The notes beneath the pieces are model-generated. The model saw nothing but the letters and a program-made list of their open reading frames with translations, ran no database searches and was not told the origin of the DNA. The position numbers and the translations under genes were made by a program. 64,000 bases of DNA from Chloroflexia bacterium (lineage in GTDB: Bacteria; Chloroflexota; Chloroflexia; QHBQ01; JAICKM01). Location: the NCBI GenBank assembly GCA_050998805.1, contig JBPCPV010000050.1, positions 20,165 to 84,164 of the forward strand. The letters run 5' to 3'. The number at the start of each line of letters is the position of its first letter. The stretch's first letter is position 1. Shown here piece after piece: positions 1 through 9,534 of the stretch.

Positions 1-49
1 CTTACAGGACGAGCGGATTCGAGAGGGCTCGAGGCTCTACACTCTAACG

Positions 50-610
50 ATGCCAGTACGGAAAATAATGTGGAACGCAAAGAAGCTAGATTTAACGTTT
101 ATTGGAGATTTAACATCTTTTGGGGATTTTACATTTATTGGTAAGTACACTTACTATGATCAGGAGCGCCGCGAGCATGTGGATCTCGGTCACGATATTT
201 ACTTTATGAGTTTTATTGTCCATTCAGTAAGGGAAGATCTGGTGAAGGTCAGGGCCCAATGTTATATGCCCGCCCTTCGCGATACCTTTAATCGGATTTT
301 TAGAGAGATTAGAGAAGTTTTCGGAGTGCACGGTTCGGCTCTTGCATCTGCTCGTGACCTCACAGTGTCTAGCTCAGCCCAACCTCTCGGCACGCACCCA
401 CCCTCTTCTCAAGCGGGCCGCCCTGTCGGCACCGGCGATAGGCACAATGTCACAGCGGAAGATCTGAGGAAAGCGTATAGGTCGTGCGAGCAGCGGAAAG
501 GCGGCCCGCCGACCCAACAGGAGATCGCCGACGAGGTGAAGCTGCCCCTCAAGACGCTGCGCCGGCGCAAGGACGAACTTGGCCTGACCTGGCCCCGCGA
601 CTTCCGCTGA
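50..610 (+). CDS. hypothetical protein, AT-rich N-terminal half, C-terminal HTH-like segment (QQEIADEVKLPLKTLRRRKDELGL)
   Basis: ORF track. First ~200 nt are AT-rich and carry short direct repeats, so the start and even the coding status of the 5' part are uncertain. Confidence 0.3.
   Translation: MPVRKIMWNAKKLDLTFIGDLTSFGDFTFIGKYTYYDQERREHVDLGHDIYFMSFIVHSVREDLVKVRAQCYMPALRDTFNRIFREIREVFGVHGSALASARDLTVSSSAQPLGTHPPSSQAGRPVGTGDRHNVTAEDLRKAYRSCEQRKGGPPTQQEIADEVKLPLKTLRRRKDELGLTWPRDFR
85..170. repeat. AT-rich short direct repeats: agatttaac x2 at 88-96 and 106-114, tttattgg x2 at 98-105 and 134-141; iteron/origin-like or coding
   Basis: Read directly from the sequence. Lies upstream of the primase/helicase module. 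Confidence 0.35.
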
Positions 611-735
611 TCACGTCGTCGTGTTCCTCTCGCCCCATCCCCACCACGGCCCGCCGAATTACTGACCCAATTACTGACCCTATTCTTGGGATTATTGTCG
701 TTGTAAACGCTCCCCGCTCCTGCTAGAGTAGCGTT

Positions 736-999
736 GTGACCAACGGTATTATGCACAGAAGGGAGCTTGTGATGCACAGTGTGTTTGTTCCGCTCCCGCG
801 TAGCCTGCTGGATGAGCTCGGCCGCCGGGCCCGCAACGCGCATCGCCGACCGCAGGACCACGCGGCTTACATCCTGGAGCAGGCGCTTGCAATCGAGCCA
901 GAAGGGGCGGTTGGGGAGCAGCCGGACACGGCGACGCAAGCGGCCAGCCGGTTCTCCACTGCCCACGAGGGAGGGATCAGAGATGCCTCGCACGCATGA
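736..999 (+). CDS. ribbon-helix-helix (CopG/Arc-type) DNA-binding protein; probable true start ATG 772 (MHSVFVPLPRSLLDELGRR...)
   Basis: The PLPRSLLDELGRRA...AAYILEQAL pattern is typical of RHH N-termini. A GGGAG RBS sits before ATG 772. Confidence 0.5.
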   Translation: MTNGIMHRRELVMHSVFVPLPRSLLDELGRRARNAHRRPQDHAAYILEQALAIEPEGAVGEQPDTATQAASRFSTAHEGGIRDASHA

Positions 1000-1213
1000 C
1001 CCCGACGGACCGGCAGAGCTGCCCCTGCTACTGAGACCCGCCGCCGCCGCGAAGATGCTCTCGATCTCACGCTCAAAGATCTACTCGATGATCGCCGCTC
1101 ACGAGATTCCGCATGTGCGCATTGGGAAAAGTGGAATTCGCATCCCAGCCCAGGCGTTAGCCCGCTGGCTTGACGAACATACCCAGGAGGCCGATGAATG
1201 GAACGAGCCGTGA
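983..1213 (+). CDS. excisionase/MerR-type helix-turn-helix DNA-binding protein
   Basis: MLSISRSKIYSMIAAHEIPHVRIGKSGIRIPAQALARWL matches the excisionase-family HTH pattern. Internal ATG at 983 of ORF 779..1213. Confidence 0.6.
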   Translation: MPRTHDPDGPAELPLLLRPAAAAKMLSISRSKIYSMIAAHEIPHVRIGKSGIRIPAQALARWLDEHTQEADEWNEP

Positions 1214-2157
1214 TCGCCCCCTTCACACCTATACCCGCCTCATTAGTTGCCGAAGCCAAGCGCACCGACATTACCCACTTACTGCCTGGCCTGAAACGAT
1301 GTAGCAGCATTAGCGGGGGCGAGTATCACGGCCCCTGCCCGAGCTGTGGCGGCAAGGACAGGTTCGTCACCTGGCCCCAGCACCCAGATGGACCGCGGGC
1401 CTTCTGCCGCCAGTGCCATCCCGACACGATGGACACAATCGCGCTGGTACAATGGTTGGGACTGGCGCGTGACTTCCGCGAGGCCGTCGCCCTGCTAATG
1501 GGCGGCGCCATCCCTTCGGCCACGCCACAACTGCCTATCCAGGCCCCTCCCCGACCCTACAAACCACCCCGGCCCGGGCAGCAGGTGATCGCGGTCTATG
1601 ACTACTGGATCTGGCCGCCTGGCCTTCCTGATGGCCCTCCACTCGTTTGGGTGCACGCCTATCGCAAGGAACGGCGGGAACCCGGCGAGGGAGGCAGGTC
1701 GAAAACCTTCTATCTTTGCCACTTGGCCCCCGGTGCGCCGATGCCCGATTACGATCCCGATATTCTGCGCCCATTGATCACGCCTTCCCACTGGCGGGCC
1801 GGGCGGGGTAACACGGCCCCCGTGCCCTATAATCTGCGCGCCGCATGGCTCGCGCCGCCCGGTTTCCCAATCCTTTGGGTAGACGGCGAAAAGGATGTAG
1901 AGACGGCACGCGCTGCCGGACTGATAGCGGTCTGCGGGCCAAACGGCGGCAAGAACTGGCAAGAGGAATGGGGGCCGGTGTTTAGCGACCATCCCGCCAT
2001 CGCCATTCCCGATCAGGAGCCGGGCGGGTGGGAAGCCGCCCAGCGCGCCGCACGGCTCATTCATCCCTACGCGAGCGGTGTCCGGATCGTGCCGCTTCCG
2101 GGCAAAGACTTGACGGCGTGGCTAGAAGCCGGATGCCCGTTGAATGGAGATGGCTAA
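1198..2157 (+). CDS. DNA primase, CHC2-type zinc finger plus Toprim domain (phage/plasmid type)
   Basis: CPSCGG...CRQCH zinc-finger motif. The Toprim-like segment WVDGEKDVETARAAGLIAVCGPNGG follows. AGGAGG RBS 9 nt upstream. Confidence 0.65.
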   Translation: MERAVIAPFTPIPASLVAEAKRTDITHLLPGLKRCSSISGGEYHGPCPSCGGKDRFVTWPQHPDGPRAFCRQCHPDTMDTIALVQWLGLARDFREAVALLMGGAIPSATPQLPIQAPPRPYKPPRPGQQVIAVYDYWIWPPGLPDGPPLVWVHAYRKERREPGEGGRSKTFYLCHLAPGAPMPDYDPDILRPLITPSHWRAGRGNTAPVPYNLRAAWLAPPGFPILWVDGEKDVETARAAGLIAVCGPNGGKNWQEEWGPVFSDHPAIAIPDQEPGGWEAAQRAARLIHPYASGVRIVPLPGKDLTAWLEAGCPLNGDG

Positions 2158-3544
2158 CATGACAACTAACGGCACTGGGGACGGTGCGAACCTAGCCGAG
2201 TCATTAGAGCAGTTGATTGCCGCTGCGCCCGAATACCACCCGCCGGATGCCAATGGGCACCAGTATCTCGAAGCTGACGCTGCCGCGCCTGGAGAGGAAT
2301 CTCCAGCAGAAAGGATTCTGCGGTCCCGATCCTTTCGCTTATACTCTGTAGCTGAGCTTGCCGAGTTGACCGATCCCGAATGGCTGGTAGACGGACTCAT
2401 CCCGGCCGGGGGACTCACGGTGCTGTTCGGCCCGTCGGGCGTCGGCAAGAGCCTGCTCGTCTTGAGTCTGAGTGCCGCCGTCGCCACCGGGAGGCCGTTC
2501 GCTGGGTTAAAGGTCAAGAGAGGCCCGTGCCTATGGGTAGCCCTGGAAGGGTCACGAAGCATCCGGTCTAGGGCAGCTGCTTGGACACTTCACCATCACG
2601 AAAACATCGGCGCGCGGCTGTTCGTTTGCTCTGACCAGATTGACCTCAGCAACTTGTCCACAGTGGACACGCTCCTCGCTTCGTGGAACGCTCGAATTCA
2701 GGAGCTGCCCGTACTAATCGTCGTCGACTGTCTGGCTCGCGCGATGCCGGGCAAGAATGAGAACGACGTGAAAGACATCAACCTACTTATGGCTGGCCTC
2801 ACACGGATACAGACAGCCACCGGCGCAACGGTCATCCTAATCCATCACTCACTCAAATACGACGACTCAACCGAGCGCGGCAGTAGTGCCATCGTGAACA
2901 ACGCTGATGCGGTCTTTGGGCTGGCCGGGAAAGAGATCCAGACCCTTAGGTGCAAGAAGATGCGCGACGGAGAGGAACCCAGCCCTCTGCGCTTTGTTCG
3001 CGTGAAGGTTGCCGATTCTATAGTCTGTGAACCGACCGATGCCGCCGCAATTTCGGCAGACCTGGTGCTCACGAGCACAGAGAGGTCCGTGGTAGATGCC
3101 CTAACTGGCGTGCTCGTGGGATGGGCGACTGCAAAAGAAATTGCGGACGCGAGCCACATCGCGCACCGCACTGTAACGGACGCTCTCAGCAGCCTCATCA
3201 AGCGAGAACAGGTTGAGGCAAGGGGAAGCGACCGCAGCCCCCAGCGGTGCTACCGCATACGCCCCTCGCTTACTCAGCCGAACTCGGCACCTGACGAGTT
3301 CTGCCAAGCTGCTAAGTCTAGTGATGTGGAACTTAGCAACTTAGCGGTTCCTCTAGGCGGACGCCAAGTTGCTAAGCTGCCTACGGGTAGTCGAGTTGAA
3401 TCCATCTGTCCTGAATGTGAGACACCGCTGCCAGAGCAGGAGGCGCGGACGGGGATGTCCGCATACTCGGGCCTTGCGGCAGCCCGCCGCGTGTTCGGCG
3501 AGGATGCGGGAGAGCCACGTCCGGACGGCGGGAAGCGGCGCTGA
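2144..3544 (+). CDS. RecA-fold AAA ATPase (RepA/replicative helicase-like, AAA_25-type) with C-terminal winged-helix
   Basis: Walker A GPSGVGKS and Walker B LIVVD. Start overlaps the primase stop. C-terminal HTH-like TAKEIADASHIAHRTVTDALSSL. Confidence 0.65.
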   Translation: MEMANMTTNGTGDGANLAESLEQLIAAAPEYHPPDANGHQYLEADAAAPGEESPAERILRSRSFRLYSVAELAELTDPEWLVDGLIPAGGLTVLFGPSGVGKSLLVLSLSAAVATGRPFAGLKVKRGPCLWVALEGSRSIRSRAAAWTLHHHENIGARLFVCSDQIDLSNLSTVDTLLASWNARIQELPVLIVVDCLARAMPGKNENDVKDINLLMAGLTRIQTATGATVILIHHSLKYDDSTERGSSAIVNNADAVFGLAGKEIQTLRCKKMRDGEEPSPLRFVRVKVADSIVCEPTDAAAISADLVLTSTERSVVDALTGVLVGWATAKEIADASHIAHRTVTDALSSLIKREQVEARGSDRSPQRCYRIRPSLTQPNSAPDEFCQAAKSSDVELSNLAVPLGGRQVAKLPTGSRVESICPECETPLPEQEARTGMSAYSGLAAARRVFGEDAGEPRPDGGKRR

Positions 3545-3735
3545 CATGACGAAATGTCATGTCACGCTATGATCGTCGCTGGTATCCGTTTTGCTGGCGA
3601 TCGAGGAGGCACGCGCTATGGCGAGCGTAACGAACCTCTTGGAACGTACGCCTGCCTTGATATTGAACGACCTTACCGAGAGATTGCGGGATTCCGCGAA
3701 ACGCTGATGTTACGTTAGCAGAAGGAGAGGCTTCC

Positions 3736-4050
3736 ATGTCTAAACGACTCACGATCCGAGTACCGCAAGCCGCCCGCACCGAGCTTAATGAGTTGATGCG
3801 CGCGCGCTTACTTGATATCGCTGTGCATGTTGAGGCGCTGAGGATTAGCTCCGAGACGGTCGCCTTGCATCTAATGCATGCGCGAGCAGCTGGATGCCCG
3901 GCGGCGCTGGGTCTTGTTCCGACGCCTGAGGTAGAGACCGCGGCTTTCTTGATCGGGGTGCGCACCTCCGAGTTACTTCGGGCTGCGGCGATGGAGATAG
4001 CCAAACAGTGGGCAGAGGCTGTGGCAGCGCGCCTACCTCCAACGTCGTGA
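3736..4050 (+). CDS. hypothetical protein
   Basis: ORF with a plausible GGAGAGG RBS; no recognisable motif. Confidence 0.3.
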   Translation: MSKRLTIRVPQAARTELNELMRARLLDIAVHVEALRISSETVALHLMHARAAGCPAALGLVPTPEVETAAFLIGVRTSELLRAAAMEIAKQWAEAVAARLPPTS

Positions 4051-4238
4051 CCTCATCTCAGCGCGGTGGATAACTCAACCGTCCACAGCCGCGCGCAGTA
4101 TTCCGGTATGCGCGTGGCAGAACGCTCGACCGAACGGCACTCGGTGTGGTCATTCGGCGATCGTTCGGTCGTTCAGGCACAGAATTCGAGGAATAGAGTG
4201 CTCGTTGGGGCGGGACTCATTAGAACAACACACGCATT

Positions 4239-6152
4239 TCACCTATGCTCACGCTGCTTGCTGCGCCAACGGGCTTCCCGCTTGCGTTCCTCATCAGCTT
4301 CAATGAGCGCTGGCAACCAGGTAATCAGCGCCGCCAGAGCGGTACCCACCGGCAGCAGATAGCCAACGGTGAACGCAATGTGCCCTGCGGACTGCATGAA
4401 GCTGTCCAGGCTGTCGAACCACGAGGCTGCCGGCCGAGCCCAAAGCTCAGGCACCACCGGATCGATCCACCACCAGAATTCCAGCCAGACCGGCCCGGCA
4501 AGCAGGGCAACCATTACTAGCACGAAGCGGATAACAGACCAGCGCTCCTTCCAGTCAGGCTCCGAGTGGATCAGCCACACAATGAACAGAACGAACGGTA
4601 CCAGCAGTGGAGCGAGCGCTGCCCAGGCCGGCCCATGGTAGAGCAAATGCGCGGTGCGGTAGATGATGTCATGATCCGCATTCGGATCCGCGAGCACATT
4701 GGCGATGGCGGGATCCTGGCTCACCCAAAACCAGACCCACGCGGCGATGCCGAGCAGCGCGGCCAGGAACCCGCCGACCGTCAATGCCCAACGACGCCTG
4801 CGCGCAGCCGCGGCTATCTGGAGCCGCTGGGCTTCCGCTTCTTCCTTCCAGCGCTGCTCCTGGGCGGCGCGCTCCCGGGCCGCTATCGCCTGCTCTCTCC
4901 GGCGCTCCTCGGCAGCGGCTTGCTCGGCAGCCTTCTCCTCCTCACGCGCGGCCTCCTGCTCCGCGGTGCGCCGGCGTTCCGCCTGAGCCTCGCGCCGAGC
5001 CCTGGCCCGACGCGCGGCGTTCTCCTGCTTCCGTATACGCTCCGCCTCCGCGGCGGCCTGCCGCTCGGCCTCCAAGCGAAGGGCGCGCGCCTCGGCTTCG
5101 GCCTTCTCCTGCGCGAGGCGCTCGGCCCGCTGCCGGGCTTGCTCACGCGCGGCAGCCATGCCCGGTATCTCGGCCCGGTCGCGGGCCAGGATCTGGAGCA
5201 GGCTCCAGGCGGCATCGTACCAGGGCGTGCTCGCCCGCGGGTCTGGCAGGGTACGTACTTGCCGCCAGACGGGCGCATCGATTGCCCCGCCGACGACTAC
5301 ATCGCGGTAGAGCGCAATCCAGACCTCCCAGTTGGCGAGCGGCGGGTGGCGGGGAATATAGGTGGCCAGCCAGACAGCGAGCTGCTCGGCGCGCCTCTCG
5401 TCCTCGCCGTGCTCGGCATCGAGCACTGTGATCAGCAGCGGCGGCCAGGGGATGCCGAACCGTTCGGCGTGCGCGTCTCCGGCCGCGGCCCGTGCGTAGT
5501 AGCGGATTTTGTCGGCCCAACGCTCGGCGTGCATAGTGCCCCGGTCGTGCTCGTAGAACCAGGTTGGGAAGACGCCTGCGACCATCAGCACGCCGTCAGG
5601 CTCCAGGTAGGTCGCCCGTGTTTCGCCGGGTTCCGCGCGCAAGGAGAGGCGGACTGAGGGCTCACCATACCACTGCGGCGCAAGTTGTGCCAGCAGCCCG
5701 AAAAGCACGGCACGGGCGAACGCGCTGACTTCCAGGAGGTGGCGGGTCTGTGGGTGCAGCACCCGGTCCTCAGACAGGAGCGGAGGGACGCGCCAGACGC
5801 CCATCGCTGGTGAGCGCCGGGGCAGCGCGGCGACTCCGGCGCGCGTGAGGGCGTAGTAATGCCGCCTGCCGCCTGCGGAGCGCCGTGGGTCAACCAGGCG
5901 GGACAGCAGCCCAGCGGCGACCAGCTTACGCAATTGCTCGCTGCGGTTGGCGGGGCTGCCGAAGACGGCGTCATAGTCTGAATCGGTCAGCAACTGTAGT
6001 TCGTAAGTGAGCGCCAGTGCGCGCAGCGCCGCCGGCGAGGGAATGTAGTCGGAATCCCCGGCGGGAACGGAGCGACGGCGCATCGGTTTAGCCCTCCAAG
6101 ATAATCGTGCCGGCGGGTGGTTGGTGGGCTTTGGGTTTGCCCGTGGTTCCAC
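4239..6152 (-). CDS. replication-relaxation family winged-helix N-domain fused to a long E/R/A-rich single-alpha-helix segment and a C-terminal polytopic membrane domain
   Basis: N-terminal LTDSDYDAVFGSPANRSEQLRKLVAAGLLSRL...YYALTRAG. About 100 aa of AEAEARALRLEAERQAAAEAERIRKQENAARRAR... Then 5-6 hydrophobic helices at the C-terminus. Confidence 0.55.
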   Translation of the reverse strand: MEPRANPKPTNHPPARLSWRAKPMRRRSVPAGDSDYIPSPAALRALALTYELQLLTDSDYDAVFGSPANRSEQLRKLVAAGLLSRLVDPRRSAGGRRHYYALTRAGVAALPRRSPAMGVWRVPPLLSEDRVLHPQTRHLLEVSAFARAVLFGLLAQLAPQWYGEPSVRLSLRAEPGETRATYLEPDGVLMVAGVFPTWFYEHDRGTMHAERWADKIRYYARAAAGDAHAERFGIPWPPLLITVLDAEHGEDERRAEQLAVWLATYIPRHPPLANWEVWIALYRDVVVGGAIDAPVWRQVRTLPDPRASTPWYDAAWSLLQILARDRAEIPGMAAAREQARQRAERLAQEKAEAEARALRLEAERQAAAEAERIRKQENAARRARARREAQAERRRTAEQEAAREEEKAAEQAAAEERRREQAIAARERAAQEQRWKEEAEAQRLQIAAAARRRRWALTVGGFLAALLGIAAWVWFWVSQDPAIANVLADPNADHDIIYRTAHLLYHGPAWAALAPLLVPFVLFIVWLIHSEPDWKERWSVIRFVLVMVALLAGPVWLEFWWWIDPVVPELWARPAASWFDSLDSFMQSAGHIAFTVGYLLPVGTALAALITWLPALIEADEERKREARWRSKQREHR

Positions 6153-7447
6153 ATCCGCCAGGCCGCAAGATAGCCAATACTCTTTTACTTGGAATAGTCT
6201 GGTTGCTTTGTTCTCACGCGCTAATTATAGCCGACAAGCACACAAAAAGCAAGAGCGAACTGTAAGCGAGCCTTGATCGCGCACAAGGTATAAGTCAAAT
6301 TACTACAAAAGCATTCAGTCTGGACGCATGTGGACGCTAAATTCTACAGGCTCAAAGCTGAAAGTTGGACGGAAGTAAGTCGTTTTGACCATATTCAGAG
6401 TAGCTATTCCTCCACTTGGCACCACAAATAACCAGACCGTATGAACGTTTGCAGGTAAAGCGAGATCGTCGCCCGTGCCTAAAATCGGGGGTCGGCCGGA
6501 AAGAGATCTCCAGCGCAACCGTGCGACCGTCCCCACACGTCCAGACTGCCTCAGGCTCAAGGCAGGCATAGGGGCAAACCCCGGAGAACGGAGCAGGCTG
6601 ATCCTTCGCTGCATTCAGGACGCCGGCAGCGGCACCCCTGTGGTAGAATTCGGCTCCAAATGGCACAGGCCAGAGATTCTGGCAAACACAGCGGGCGGCG
6701 TAACGCGCAGGGCGAGCGCTAGGGCACGTTCTCGCCCACGCCACGAAACTTGAGTTGCACGACCGGGGGCACACAGGTGGGGCCGCCAGCGTGGCAGGCA
6801 GGTCGACGCCTGAGCGACAGAGATGCTTGGGCAAGTGCGGCATTTATTTGGCCATCAGCACGCCTATCAGGCGGGCAACCTGGATAGGGCGTGCCTGCTA
6901 ACCGCGATGCTCCGGGTACAAAGCGTTATCCGGCGGCTGCCGGAGCAGGACAGCGAACAACCTCTACCGCAAGCCGTAGCCTTGAGCCAGGAATCGCGGG
7001 AGTTATTGCCGAGCCTATGGACGTTTGTGCGGGTGGTGGGCATGGAGCAGAACGACAACCGGGCGGGATAGCTGTTACGCCCAGCGGTGCTCCGGCGCAA
7101 AGGGTGTTTCGGGGTGGCGAACGCAATGGGCAACGAATTTGTGCAACGGCTCTTAACCGTGATGGCGACCGGTCAGCAGGGCGGGGTCTCTGGTCGTTCC
7201 TCGGCGCGGAAGTGCGCTGCCATTGGACCGACAGTCTCGCTCCCCAGTTGTTCGACCTCCCACTGAACCGTTACTCCCGATCAGAAGCAGCCTCATCCTC
7301 AGCTTACGTTACTCCCTCTTCACTCGTCGCCAAATCAACCAGCCCACGAGCAGAACTACAAATACTATGGCAGCATGGCGCGTTCGGCTACGGGGTAGCA
7401 GTCTGTTGGGGAGAGCGCTTTTTCTCCAAAATCCGCCGTTGAAATCA

Positions 7448-7476
7448 TTGACAATTGGATCTTTCTGCCGTATAAT
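7448..7476 (+). promoter_or_regulatory. perfect consensus sigma-70 promoter TTGACA-17nt-TATAAT
   Basis: ttgaca at 7448-7453, a 17-nt spacer, tataat at 7471-7476. It sits ~100 nt upstream of the 7580 operon. Confidence 0.6.
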
Positions 7477-7579
7477 TACGTTAAGCTCCTATCAGGTTCG
7501 GTGCAGAGATTCGCACTGAAGCAGCGGAAGCCAGGAGCGTCAAGAGGCAAACCGAGTCTTTCATCGCAGGTCCAAACAG

Positions 7580-8026
7580 ATGGCGGAAGCAAAGGTTCCA
7601 CAATTAGCACAAACCCTGGCCGAGCCGGGCGATCATCCGGTGGATGCGCCGATCTATTGTGTCATCACTAGATTTGGCCTCCGTAGCTGGCGCTACTTGC
7701 TGCCTACCTACCTCGATTATCGTCGCGTTATAAGGCAGGCACGCCAGACGCAGACGCCTGGACTTCTTCGTTCGGCGTTTCTCGTTGAGAATCCCACGAC
7801 CTGTTATAGCCTTTCTGTCTGGGACAGGCCCGACGCTATCCCCGTTTTCGGAACCAGAGTTCCCAATCACGTCCGAGCCGCCCGCAGAGTCTTTGGGCGG
7901 GTGCCTCTGACGCAGGGCCGTTTGCCTGAAATCTGGGCTACCAAGTGGCGGTTAGCTTCTGTGAGCAATAATCTGAACTGGGACGATTTTGACCTGCGAG
8001 CGTTGCTGCTCGTCGTGAGTGAATGA
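7580..8026 (+). CDS. hypothetical protein, possibly DUF4188-like
   Basis: ORF directly downstream of the consensus promoter. The DUF4188 resemblance rests on recalled pattern only. Confidence 0.4.
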   Translation: MAEAKVPQLAQTLAEPGDHPVDAPIYCVITRFGLRSWRYLLPTYLDYRRVIRQARQTQTPGLLRSAFLVENPTTCYSLSVWDRPDAIPVFGTRVPNHVRAARRVFGRVPLTQGRLPEIWATKWRLASVSNNLNWDDFDLRALLLVVSE

Positions 8027-8047
8027 GCCTGAGCAAGGGAAACGGAA

Positions 8048-8659
8048 ATGCTTATGTTTGGCCAGATAGGAAACTCCGTAGTCAACGACTTCGCCTTGGC
8101 GACTCGGTTCAGCTTAGGCATAGTATTCCTATTCTCAGCTCTACCCAAGCTACGCCACCCGCTCGTATTCGCGCGAAATGTAGTCGCTTATGAAATCCTG
8201 CCTGCCAAGGTCGCTAATGTGTTTGCCTTCATGCTCATTCCTCTCGAAGCCTTCCTGGCAATTGCCTTCTTCACTGGTTGGTTGACAGATCTGGCCCTCC
8301 CCGTTGCTACGGCAGTTTTGATGAGCTTCCTCATAGCCGTGGGAATCAACTTGAGACGGGGCCGAAAGATTTCATGCGGCTGCTTCGAGAACGCGAGCGA
8401 GCGAATCTCAAACCGCACATTGGTTCGGCTGCTGCTGCTCCTATCCGGCGTTCTACTTTCGGTCGTGCTGAGGAACATCGGTGGTTCGGCACTACCCAGT
8501 TTCGGGGCGGTGACCGTTGATGCATCTGTAGCAGTCAATCTACTACTATCAGCACTTCTAGCTGTCTGTATTATTTTAGTCGGTATGTGGATTCTGAGTC
8601 TCCCAGAGTTGGTCTTTCTTGTCCGCCATTTACGCTGGCGTGAGCACAACTCACCTTGA
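8048..8659 (+). CDS. MauE/DoxX-like membrane protein (methylamine-utilisation MauE family)
   Basis: Four hydrophobic helices and the family-typical SCGCFE (DCGCFG-like) motif. Confidence 0.6.
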   Translation: MLMFGQIGNSVVNDFALATRFSLGIVFLFSALPKLRHPLVFARNVVAYEILPAKVANVFAFMLIPLEAFLAIAFFTGWLTDLALPVATAVLMSFLIAVGINLRRGRKISCGCFENASERISNRTLVRLLLLLSGVLLSVVLRNIGGSALPSFGAVTVDASVAVNLLLSALLAVCIILVGMWILSLPELVFLVRHLRWREHNSP

Positions 8660-8711
8660 ACGTATAGCGGATGAAGACAGGATGGAGCGCGCATAAAACG
8701 AGGTACATGAT

Positions 8712-9305
8712 ATGGTGAACGATACATCGGTTGTTTTTTATCTATCGTATGCTGCTCTCTGGGTGCTTGTAATCTTGCAGAGCCTGATATTGTTGGGTCT
8801 GGTCCGAATGGTCTACCAACTTCAACGAACCGGGGTTGTTGGGAGTTCATCTGAAGGTATCGGTGATCTCAGCTTACGACCTGGTCAGGAAGCACCAGAG
8901 TTCAGCGCGGTTGACCTTTCCGGTGCGCCGATCAGTAGTGCAGACTTTCATGGCCTGAAAGCCATTCTATTCGTCTCGCCTAATTGTCCATCCTGCACAC
9001 TAACCCTATATGAAATGCAGGCTCTTAAGTACAAAGCATCCGGAAACGTGTTAGTAGTATGCCGCGCCAACCGTGACGAGTGTATCCGCCTTGCCGAGAG
9101 GCATGAACTTGATATACCTACCGTGGCTGATGAAGATGAGCGAATTAGCCGACTCTTTGGCGTTTCCTCCGTCCCTGTGGCCGTTCTCATAAATGATGAT
9201 GGACGAATCCGATCCTATGGTTATCCGCAACGGGATGAACTGGAAAAAGCTCTTGGAACTACACCAGAAGGCGATGCTCAACCTCAGGTTCAAGGAGTAG
9301 GTTAG
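8712..9305 (+). CDS. membrane-anchored TlpA/MauD-like thiol-disulfide oxidoreductase (redoxin fold)
   Basis: N-terminal TM helix and a SPNCPSC CxxC active site with thioredoxin-fold spacing. Confidence 0.65.
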   Translation: MVNDTSVVFYLSYAALWVLVILQSLILLGLVRMVYQLQRTGVVGSSSEGIGDLSLRPGQEAPEFSAVDLSGAPISSADFHGLKAILFVSPNCPSCTLTLYEMQALKYKASGNVLVVCRANRDECIRLAERHELDIPTVADEDERISRLFGVSSVPVAVLINDDGRIRSYGYPQRDELEKALGTTPEGDAQPQVQGVG

Positions 9306-9306
9306 T

Positions 9307-9513
9307 ATGGTTACGGAAAGCATGGTAGAGCGCCCAAAAGCTAGGCGGCAACCTTCTAGTCCCGCTGATATTCCAAGAAGCCTGAGACGTATGACCTTGG
9401 CTGTTATAGCCGTTTTCCTCCTGAGTGGGATGGCAGCTGTGACATTGAATCCAAGATTAGGGCTTTTCCCGGTGGCGTTCATTCTCGGTTGGACACAGTT
9501 GGTTGGTCACTGA
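9307..9513 (+). CDS. small membrane protein; in frame with the next ORF across a single TGA
   Basis: AGGAG RBS. One TM helix. Same reading frame as 9535..10140. Confidence 0.3.
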   Translation: MVTESMVERPKARRQPSSPADIPRSLRRMTLAVIAVFLLSGMAAVTLNPRLGLFPVAFILGWTQLVGH

Positions 9514-9534
9514 GGGGCCTCGCTCGTCGGAGCG

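Noticed and set aside
1-45. tRNA-like 3' end (ggattcgagagggctcgagg) at the window start
   Set aside because: The T-arm and acceptor pairing cannot be completed, and there is no CCA. It probably has only a chance resemblance to GGTTCGA.
4566-5657. Long + strand ORFs (363 aa, 215 aa, 95 aa) inside the minus-strand 4239..6152 gene
   Set aside because: They are antisense to a gene with clear domain structure. Their R/P/A-rich low-complexity translations are typical of spurious open frames in ~70% GC DNA.
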